From Macrostomum lignano (Eukaryota), in NCBI GenBank assembly GCA_002269645.1, contig NIVC01001532.1, positions 142,384-206,383 on the forward strand: DNA of 64,000 bases, given 5' to 3'. The translations under genes were made by a program, and so were the position numbers. How positions within the stretch are numbered: the stretch's first letter is position 1; each line of letters opens with the position of its first letter. This document shows positions 26,001 through 36,996 of the stretch, piece by piece. The notes under the pieces were generated by a model that saw only the letters and a list, made by a program, of their open reading frames with translations, was not told the origin of the DNA and searched no databases.

Positions 26001-29000
26001 TCTTTACTGGGGCGATTCTTTACTGGGGTGATTCTTTTCTGGGGCCATTCTTTACTGGGGCGATTCTTTACTGGGGCGATTATTTACTGGGCGATTCTTT
26101 ACTGGGGCGATTATTTACTGGGGCGATTCTTTACTGGGGCCATTCTTTACTGGGGCGATTCTTTACTGGGGCGATTCTTTACTGGGGCGAGTCTTTACTG
26201 GGGCGATTCTTTACTAGGGCGATTCTTTACTGGGGCGATTATTTACTGGGGCGATTATTTACTGGGGCGATTCTTTACTGGGGCCATTCTTTACTGGGGC
26301 GATTATTTACTGGGGCGATTCTTTACTGGGGCGAGTCTTTACTGGGGCGATTCTTTACTGGGGCCATTCTTTACTGGGGCGATTCTTTACTGGGGCGATT
26401 CTTTTCTGGGGCCATTCTTTACTGGGGCGATTCTTTACTGGGGCGATTATTTACTGGGGCGATTCTTTACTGGGGCGATTATTTACTGGGGCGATTCTTT
26501 TCTGGGGCGATTCTTTACTGGGGCGATTCTTTACTGGGGCGATTCTTTACTGGGGCGATTCTTTACTGGGGCGATTCTTTACTGGGGCGATTCTTTACTA
26601 AGGCGATTCTTTACTGGGGCGATTCTTTACTGGGGCGATTATTTACTGGGGCGATTATTTACTGGGGCGATTATTTACTGGGGCGATTCTTTACTGGGGC
26701 GATTCTTTACTGGGGCGATTATTTACTGGGGCGATTCTTTACTGGGGCGATTCTTTACTGGGGCGAGTCTTTAGTGGGGCGATTCTTTACTGGGGCGATT
26801 CTTTACTAAGGCGATTCTTTACTGGGGCGATTATTTACTGGGGCGATTATTTACTGGGGCGATTTTTTACTGGGGCGATTCTTTACTGGGGCGATTCTTT
26901 ACTGGGGCGAGTCTTTACTGGGGCGATTCTTTAGTGGGGCGATTCTTTACTGGGGCGAGTCTTTACTGGGGCGATTCTTTACTGGGGCGATTCTTTACTG
27001 GGGCGATTCTTTACTGGGGCGATTCTTTACTGGGGCGAGTCTTTAGTGGGCGATTCTTTACTGGGGCGATTGTTTACTGGGGCGATTCTTTACTGGGGCG
27101 ATTATTTACTGGGGCGATTCTTTACTGGGGCGATTCTTTACTGGGGCGATTCTTTACTGGGGCGATTCTTTACTGGGGCGATTCTTTACTAAGGCGATTC
27201 TTTACTGGGGCGATTCTTTACTGGGGCGATTCTTTACTGGGGCGATTCTTTACTAAGGCGATTCTTTACTGGGGCGATTCTTTACTGGGCCGATTCTTTA
27301 CTGGGGCGATTCTTTACTGGGGCGATTATTTACTGGGGCGATTCTTTACTGGGGCGAGTCTTTACTGGGGCGATTCTTTACTGGGGCCATTCTTTACTGG
27401 GGCGATTCTTTACTGGGGCGATTCTTTTCTGGGGCCATTCTTTACTGGGGCGATTCTTTACTGGGGCGATTATTTACTGGGGCGATTCTTTACTGGGGCG
27501 ATTATTTACTGGGGCGATTCTTTTCTGGGGCGATTCTTTACTGGGGCGATTCTTTACTGGGGCGATTCTTTACTAAGGCGATTCTTTACTGGGGCGATTC
27601 TTTACTGGGGCGATTCTTTACTGGGGCGATTCTTTACTAAGGCGATTCTTTACTGGGGCGATTCTTTACTGGGGCGAGTCTTTAGTGGGGCGATTCTTTA
27701 CTGGGGCGAATTTTTACTGGGGCGATTCTTTACTGGGGCGATTATTTACTGGGGCGATTATTTACTGGGGCGATTCTTTACTGGGGCGATTCTTTACTGG
27801 GGCGATTATTTACTGGGGCGATTCTTTACTGGGGCGATTCTTTACTGGGGCGATTCTTTACTGGGGCGATTCTTTACTAAGGCGATTCTTTACTGGGGCG
27901 ATTCTTTACTGGGGCGATTATTTACTGGGGCGATTCTTTACTGGGGCGATTCTTTACTGGGGCGATTCTTTACTGGGGCGATTCTTTACTGGGGCGATTC
28001 TTTACTGGGGCGATTCTTTACTGGGGCGATTCTTTACTGGGGCGATTATTTACTGGGGCGATTCTTTACTGGGGCGATTCTTTACTGGGGCGATTCTTTA
28101 CTGGGCGATTCTTTACTGGGGCGATTATTTACTGGGGCGATTCTTTACTGGGGCGATTCTTTACTGGGGCGATTCTTTACTGGGGCGATTCTTTACTGGG
28201 GCGATTCTTTACTAAGGCGATTCTTTACTGGGGCGATTCTTTACTGGGGCGATTATTTACTGGGGCGATTCTTTACTGGGGCGATTCTTTACTGGGGCGA
28301 TTCTTTACTGGGGCGATTCTTTACTGGGCGATTCTTTACTGGGGCGATTATTTACTGGGGCGATTATTTACTGGGGCGATTCTTTACTGGAGCGATTATT
28401 TACTAAGGCGAGTCTTTAGTGGGGCGATTTTTTACTGGGGCGATTATTTACTAAGGCGAGTCTTTAGTGGGGCGATTTTTTACTGGGGCGAATTTTTACT
28501 GGGGTGATTCTTTACTGGGGCGATTATTTACTGGGGCGATTCTTTACTGGGGCGATTATTTACTGGGGCGATTCTTTACTGGGGCCATTCTTTACTGGGG
28601 CGATTCTTTACTAAGGCGATTCTTTACTGGGGCGATTCTTTACTGGGGCGATTCTTTACTGGGGCGATTCTTTACTGGGGCGATTATTTACTGGGGCGAT
28701 TCTTTACTGGGGCGATTCTTTACTGGGGCGATTCTTTACTGGGCGATTCTTTACTGGGGCGATTATTTACTGGGGCGATTCTTTACTGGGGCGATTCTTT
28801 ACTGGGGCGAGTCTTTACTGGGGCGATTCTTTACTGGGGCGATTCTTTACTAAGGCGATTATTTACTGGGGCGATTCTTTACTGGGGCGAGTCTTTAGTG
28901 GGGCGATTCGTTACTGGGGCGATTCTTTACTAAGGCGATTCTTTACTTTGCGATTCTTTACTGGGGCCATTCTTTACTGGGGCGATTCTTTACTGGGGCG

Positions 29001-29088
29001 AGTCTTTAGTGGGGCGATTCTTTACTGGGGCGATTTTTTACTGGGGCGATTCTTTACTGGGGCGATTATTTACTGGGGCGATTCTTTG
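23050..29088. repeat. 6-kb 16-bp minisatellite (GGGGCGATTCTTTACT)
   Basis: Continuous array, which explains all RFFTGAILYWGDSLLG ORFs. Confidence 0.97.
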
Positions 29089-29280
29089 CCTTTCTCATAC
29101 TTGATCTTCCAGTATGACTTTATAAGACTTCCTAAGACTTTCTTCAATAAATTTCTACGATAGGATGTCAAGTTAAGACTCAGGTGAGCAGTGAGCAGAA
29201 TCTGTCTGCTTTGAGTCGAAAATTACATCGTCCTCTCTTTTGCTGTAAATTACCCTGCCTGTGTAATATAACCCAAAGAA

Positions 29281-29442
29281 AATCTGCTTCTAGAAGAAGA
29301 AAGTCTTAGAAGAGTTCAAATTAGGGCAATCGACTGAAGACAAGCGTAGCAACTAAGACGGAGTTGGCCTTCTCTCTTCGGAAAAAAATTTAGTATACCC
29401 GCCAATCTTCTTTTGAAAGCAGATGCAAGTCTTCGAAGGCAG
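29281..29442 (+). repeat. Dispersed repeat, copy 2 (homologous to 14043-14180)
   Basis: Same shared blocks as copy 1. Confidence 0.6.
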
Positions 29443-29485
29443 GTGGCCAGCACCATAACTTATCATGCCATACTTTTATGCGGCA

Positions 29486-30600
29486 TTTAACTAGTCAGCA
29501 CACTGCACTGTCAAACAATATTATCCCTCTCACTCTCCCTCTCCCTCTCACTCTCCCTCTCACTCTCCCTCTCCCTCTCACTCTCCCTCTCCCGCTCACT
29601 CTCCCTCTCCCTCTCACTTTCCCCCTCCCTCTCACTCTCCCTCTCCCTCTCACTCTCCCTCTCCCTCTCACTCTCCCTCTCACTCTCCCTCTCCCTCTCC
29701 CTCTCACTCTCCCTCTCACTCTCCCTCTCCCTCTCACTCTCCCTCTCCCTCTCACTCTCCCTCTCACTCTCCCTCTCCCTCTCACTCTCCCTCTCACTCT
29801 CCCTCTCCCTCTCACTCTCCCTCTACCTCTCACTCTCCCTCTCCATCTCACTCTCCCTCTCACTCTCCCTCTTCCTCTCACTCTCCCTCTGCCTCTCACT
29901 CTCCCTCTGCCTCTCACTCTCCCTCTCCCTCTCACTCCCCCTCTGCATCTCACTCTCTCTCTCCCTCTCCTTCTCACTCTCCCTCTCCCTCTCACTCTCC
30001 CTCTCTCTCTCCCTCCTCCCTCCTCTCTCCCTCACCCTCTCCCTTTTTAACTAGTCAGCACACTGCACTGTCAAACAATATTATCCCTCTCACTCTCCCT
30101 CTCCCTCTCACTCTCCCTCTCCCTCTCCGTCTCACTCTCCCTCTCCCTCTCACTCTCCCTCTCCCTCTCCGTCTCACTCTCCCTCTCCGTCTCACTCTCC
30201 CTCTCCCTCTCACTCTCCCTCTCCCTCTCACTCTCCCTCTCCCTCTGCCTCTCACTCTCCCTCTGCCTCTCACTCTCCCTCTGCCTCTCCCTCTCCCTCT
30301 CCTTCTCACTCTCCCTCTGCCTCTCACTCTCCCTCTCCTTCTCACTCTCCCTCTCCCTCTCACTCTCCCTCTCTCTCTCCCTCTCCCTCTACCTCTCCCT
30401 CTCCCTCTCCCTTTCCCTCCTCTCTCCCTCACCCTCTCCCTCTCCCTCTCCCTCACCTTCTAACTCACCCTCTCCCTCTCCCTCTACCTCACCCTCTCCC
30501 TCTCCTTTTACCTCTCCCTCTACCTCATCCTCTAACTCACCCTCCTTTCACTCTCCCTCTCTTTTCTTCTCCCTCTCCGTCTTCATCTCGCTCTCCCTCT
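29486..30600. repeat. 560-bp tandem duplication made of a unique ~45-bp head plus a CT-rich body
   Basis: CTAGTCAGCACACTGCACTGTCAAACAATATTATCC occurs at 29491 and 30051, each followed by CTCTCACTCTCC repeats. Confidence 0.85.
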
Positions 30601-31759
30601 TCCATCCTTCTTTCCTTCGTTCCCAATAAAAACATAGATAGAAAATTTGTAAGAAATTTTTTAATGCAACAAAAAGCAACAACACGGTGAAAATATTTAA
30701 TCAGATTTTAATTAAACAAAAAATCGATTTGAAGAGAACAGACATGCGTGAGATCGTGTGTCTGAATTTCGCGAACTGGAGTAAATTATATGCAGCATTT
30801 TTTAAATTTTTTCTCTTTAATTACGATATAAACAACAGGAAAAATGCTGACAAAAGTACAGTTTGAGTCATTTGTTTTAAGTGTAAAGTTCTCGCAAGAA
30901 TTTAAAATTGAATAAAGTTAAAAAATTGCACGCCGCACATCTTGGATAAAGCTTTTAAAAAATTTTACAGATTTGCAAATTAAAGCAAGATTTAAAACTT
31001 TACTTTATGGTGTGGTTGTTAAATTAGTGAATAATTTACAGAGGATTTTAAATCTTTAGTTCAATGATAAGGTTTTTTAATTAAAAAATACTTAAAGAAC
31101 TAGAAGTCAACAAAACGCAGACAGGGATGCATTATGACAAAGTTTTCCTTGCCTAACGACAATTAATAAAAAAAGTTGAAATTCTTTGATTTTGTTAAAC
31201 CTTGTGGCGCGAATTTAAATTTTTGTAATTAACTCCTTGACAAAACTCCTTGACAAAACTTTCTAAAGAAATTCAATTCCGCACAAGTCGTACATGTACT
31301 CCACGGACACATGAAATAAAACAAATTGGGACTGCGACTGAAAAAATACAGAATTTTTATAATTTCTTTTTGTTTTCCGGACAAAACAATGCATGTACAA
31401 GATAAAAAGGGGTAAAATTTGGTGATATATACATTTTTTAAAATGTCTTTTTCTACGAAACAAGACGAACTGCACGAGTCTTTTGTATAATTGTATTACA
31501 TGTAAATCAATATAATACAGGTTACATTATAATAAAATAATTAAAATAAACAAATAAAATCCAGGCTTTAATTAAAAAGTAACAAAATCATGAAACACTT
31601 TTCCAAACCTTGATGACACACCTAAAAAGTATAAATAGTACATTCCGAAAATCCTAAGAGAACACACGAAGCTATTAATTATCAATTATCAATTAACAAT
31701 TATAAGTAACTTGTACACCACTACTTCAGTAATGTACAACAAAGCTTATGTAGAATTAC

Positions 31760-32040
31760 ATACCAACCATCTGCAGATTACACACCAACCATCTGCAGAT
31801 TACACACCAACCATCTGCAGATTACACACCAACCATCTGTAGAATTACACACCAACCATCTGCAGATTACACACCAACCATCTGCAGATTACACACCAAC
31901 CATCTGCAGATTACACACCAACCATCTGCAGATTACACACCAACCATCTGCAGATTACACACCAACCATCTGCAGATTACACACCAACCATCTGCAGATT
32001 ACACACCAACCATCTGTAGATTACACACCAACCATCTGCA
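31760..32040. repeat. 22-bp minisatellite (TTACACACCAACCATCTGCAGA)
   Basis: Units at 31802, 31824 and onward. Confidence 0.92.
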
Positions 32041-32078
32041 GAGTTGGTTGGCCTCTCAAGCAGGCTTGAACGCACAGT

Positions 32079-33551
32079 TTAACACACCGACTTCTCCGTG
32101 GCCATCTTGACCGTCTTCCTGCTGACCCCGGCCTCCTGGCCAGAAGAGCCTCGGTCCTGGCTGCCTGGTAGGCCAGCATCAACCAGAGCGGCTTTGTTGG
32201 TGGCCGCCGCCTTCACAGCCGCCATTTTGAAGGCCCGCTGATCGCGCAGGTGAATCTCCATCCGGGCGTTGACTGCGTTGGCAGCGGCGGCTGCCACTGC
32301 CGCCTGCTCGCGCTTGTTGGCCCGGTAGCGGCAGTGCACCCTGGCGCCTCTGGCAGCTCCGGGACCTCCGCCAACAAAGACGTTGCCTCCGCCGCCTCCG
32401 CCGCCGCCGCCGCATCGGCAGCGACAACACCGACAGAGAATCTGGCGCAGGGCCCGTCGGAACCGGGCATTCAGGCCGGCATAGATGATCGGATTGTACC
32501 AGATGTTGCTCATCGCGATCCAGTAGCAGATGCCGTGCAACAGGATTTCGTTCCTCGGCTCCTGGACGCTGCGCCAGTTGCTGCTGATGACGAAGAGGTG
32601 CAGCGGGGACCAGCTGATGAAGAACAGCACCACGACTAGCAGAAGCATCAGGATGGTGCGCCTCCTGGTGGCTAGACTCACGTTTGAGGCTCCTCCGTGT
32701 GCGACAGTGTCGCTGCCGCCGGCTTCCTCCAGCGCGTGGTTGGAAATCCACAGCGTCTTGATGACCCTGGCGTAAGCTGCGCAGATCAGCAGCAGCGGCA
32801 GCAGGTACTGCAAAGCGAATGCCGTGCAGGTGAACATCAGACGGCGGCTGGCCGAAGACTCACCAGCAATGAAGGCGCACACGGAGTCCATTCTGAAGTC
32901 GTACACCCGCCGGCTGGAGCTGGCGTTCAGCTTGTCGAAACTCTCAACTGTCGGGGACCCGAAGATAAACGTCGGCATGACACTGACGGTGGCGAGAAGG
33001 CAGGCGACAGCCCAGGAGATGCCAGCCATGGTGTACACAGCCAACTTGGTGAGACGCGGCTTCAGCGGCGACACGATCACCCGGTGACGCTCGAAGGCGA
33101 TGCAGACGAGTACGAAGGAGGCGGCGCTGGTGCACAGGCTGTTGGTGAAGTAGGCAAGGGCGCAGCCAGCCTTGCCGAGACGCCAGCCGTCGAACTGCGC
33201 CAGCGACTTCAGCAGGTTGATGGGCACGGAGAGGCACGCGAGGAGCATCTGGGCGACCGACAGGTTCAACAGGAAGATGTTCGTAGCGCTGCGCAACTGC
33301 GGTTTCCGCTGGATGACCAGACAGACCAAGCCGTTGCCGATGATGGAGACCAGCGCCATGGCAACAATCAGAGCGGCTATCAGCTCGCGAACCGGCCCGA
33401 TTAGAATGGCTAATCGGCTTCTAAACTCCGAACTGGCCTGGTTCAATCGGTTCAAGTAGTCGGTGATGTTGATCGAACCGGATATGTTCGCGCTGCTCAG
33501 GTGGCGGAGGAACAGCTCGGGGTCCAGCCCGCCAGAGGCTTGTGGAGCCAT
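32079..33551 (-). CDS. Class A neuropeptide GPCR (GPR83/RYamide/luqin-receptor-like), 490 aa, intronless
   Basis: ATG in AAAAAATGG context at 33551 (the track start at 33680 is TTG). Seven TM segments: GNGLVC, NLSVAQ, C..L in TM3, FERH..IVSPLKPR, QYLLP, FFISWSPL, YWIAMSNIWYNPIIY. N-glycosylation sequons NIS and NIT. Cys-rich helix 8 tail. Confidence 0.93.
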   Translation of the reverse strand: MAPQASGGLDPELFLRHLSSANISGSINITDYLNRLNQASSEFRSRLAILIGPVRELIAALIVAMALVSIIGNGLVCLVIQRKPQLRSATNIFLLNLSVAQMLLACLSVPINLLKSLAQFDGWRLGKAGCALAYFTNSLCTSAASFVLVCIAFERHRVIVSPLKPRLTKLAVYTMAGISWAVACLLATVSVMPTFIFGSPTVESFDKLNASSSRRVYDFRMDSVCAFIAGESSASRRLMFTCTAFALQYLLPLLLICAAYARVIKTLWISNHALEEAGGSDTVAHGGASNVSLATRRRTILMLLLVVVLFFISWSPLHLFVISSNWRSVQEPRNEILLHGICYWIAMSNIWYNPIIYAGLNARFRRALRQILCRCCRCRCGGGGGGGGGNVFVGGGPGAARGARVHCRYRANKREQAAVAAAAANAVNARMEIHLRDQRAFKMAAVKAAATNKAALVDAGLPGSQDRGSSGQEAGVSRKTVKMATEKSVC

Positions 33552-33949
33552 TTTTTCCTGTTTATTTTGAAGGGCTATGAGACAAGGCTTGGCAAAGATT
33601 GTGTGCTTATGGCTGTAGGGGTTTGATGAAGATGGGTTGGGGACTCGTATATATTTGCGGATGTCATCAGGTTTAGCCAATGGGAGTCTTCCAAGCGGCC
33701 GGGATTGACACGAAGCGGGATTCGAGTTTTCTACTGGCTATAATGAAACGCCAACGCTTGATCCTAATATGGGAAGCGTAGTAGCCCCGTGTTTTGGCAT
33801 GAATCGGATGCTTTTAGACTACTTATAGTAATTGGAGAGAGTATGAAACTTTAATGGCTGATTAATAGTGTTCGATTGGGAAATTATTAACAAGGGTAAT
33901 CCGCTAGGATTATTGGCTTGGGTTATCAATTAAAGATAATCAGCTAGGA

Positions 33950-34390
33950 TTATCGACGGGGATTATCGAGAAGATTATCGACTTGGATTATTGACTAGGA
34001 TTATCGACTAGGATTATCGACTAGGATTATCGATTGAAATTATTGACTAGGATTATCGACTAGGATTATCGACTAGGATTATCGACTAGGATTATCGATT
34101 GAGATTATTGACTAGGATTGTCGACTAGGATTATCGACTAGGATTATCGATTGAGATTATTGACTAGGATTATCGACTAAGGATTATCGACTAGGATTAT
34201 CGACTAGGATTATCGACTAGGATTATCGACTAGGAGTATCGATTGAGATTTTTGACTAGGATTATCAATTGAGATTATCGATTAGGATTATCGACTGAGA
34301 TTATCGACTAGGATTATCAATTGAGATTATCGACTAGTATTATCGACTAGGATTACGAATAAAATTATCGATTAAGATTATCGACTAAAT
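33950..34390. repeat. 13-bp minisatellite (GGATTATCGACTA)
   Basis: Directly visible. Confidence 0.9.
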
Positions 34391-34775
34391 GTATCAGCTA
34401 CAATTATCAAGAGTTCAGTGGATACTATCACCACAGATCTAAAAGCCAAATACATTAATCAGGACAAATCCATATTCATAATCTTTTCAGACAGCAAACT
34501 TGGCAACACTCGTCAGCTATCAATGCAGATTGTTCGTGCGCATTGCTGTAAGCAATATTGCTCTGAGAGAGCCCAGTCATTCGGAACTGGGCAGATTTAT
34601 TGCTTCCTGTCTCTGCCGTATGCGGCTGCTCTTTCTGTACAGCCTGCACTGCACCAAAACTTCCCATGCATTGACGTGCAGAGTTCGGAGCACACGAACG
34701 AACTGCAGTTGCCCTTCTTTGTAGCATAATTTATTGCGACTGCGTGTGCTACTGAAGTAAGAAGGCTTTACAGAT

Positions 34776-35880
<1,105 letters not shown>

Positions 35881-36785
35881 GTTTGCCTCTGTGCAGCCAG
35901 CCTATCAGGCCCACCCGCAGGTCCCCAGCAGCTGGGCCAGCCCTGCTAAAATAGTGCGGAGTCAGAGAGCCTTGCTGCCCCACTGGCTGAGCCCAGCTAA
36001 TGCAGCCAACCCAGCCGATCCGAAAAGCAATTCGATGCATTAAAATGCGCCAAAAATTATAATTCACTTTGTTTTAATGAGCCAATGCAAAAAAAGCAAT
36101 TCATTCATTTTTCTATTTTTCACTACGACTAAGTGCTTTCTTCTTTGTTAGAGATCTCTGCAACAGAAAGTACATTTATGAAACATGAATTGCTAATTGA
36201 CCATTCCGAACTAAAACATCAAGCTATAATACTGATTTCATCAATAAAAACGATCAGAAGAGCAGCATGCATGTTAGTGTGTAATGAGTTGCGGATTGCT
36301 CCGATCCAGTGCATCATGGCTCATCCTGCTTGCGATCTAAATAAGTAGGGAAACTTATTTTAAGAACCTTGAAGCTCTTAATAAATTTGATGCAGCAGGC
36401 TGTTAACGAGATTGAGCGGCTGTGGGAATCATTGCGGCTCTGTGACTTTGCTTAATGTTTAGCCATAGCTTTACATTTAAATCTTTTCATTCCTTAAATC
36501 TATCAGGGCGCCGTTTCTATCTGCTCTATTCTCTATCTCGCTTGCATATCTCCCTCTCTCTCTCTCTCTCTCTCCCTCTCCCTCTCCCTCTCCCTCTCCC
36601 TCTCTCTCTCCCCCTCTCTCCCTCCCTCTCTCTCTCTCCCTCTCCCTCTCTCTCTCCCTCTCCCTCTCTCTCCCCCTCTCTCCCTCCCTCTCTCTCTCTC
36701 TCTCCCTCTCTCTCTCTCCCCCTCTCTCCCTCTCTCTCTCTCTCCCTCTCTCTCTCTCCCCCTCTCTCACTCTCTCTCCCCTCTT

Positions 36786-36817
<32 letters not shown>

Positions 36818-36996
36818 CCTCTCTCTCTCTCTCTCTCCCTCTCTCACTTCAATCTCTTTTTTCTCTTTCACCCCTTACCCCTCTTTCTCTTCTCCCTGTC
36901 CCCTTCTATCTCCCACTTCCCTGTCTCCCTCCGTCTCCCTATCTCCTCTACTTCTCTCTCTCTCTCTGCCTCTCTCATCCGCTGTGGGCCTCTCCC

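Noticed and set aside
18330-29088. CRISPR-like appearance of the regular arrays
   Set aside because: No unique spacers, no cas genes, and a eukaryotic intron-containing context.
22815-29163. Long RFFTGAILYWGDSLLG ORFs
   Set aside because: A 16-bp repeat read through three phases, with no coding signals.
32179-33459. Overlapping and antisense ORFs across the GPCRs and channel exons
   Set aside because: Expected shadows of GC-rich coding sequence, with no independent motifs.
33552-33680. 43-aa N-terminal extension of the GPCR in the ORF track
   Set aside because: Begins at TTG. The first ATG in good context is at 33551.
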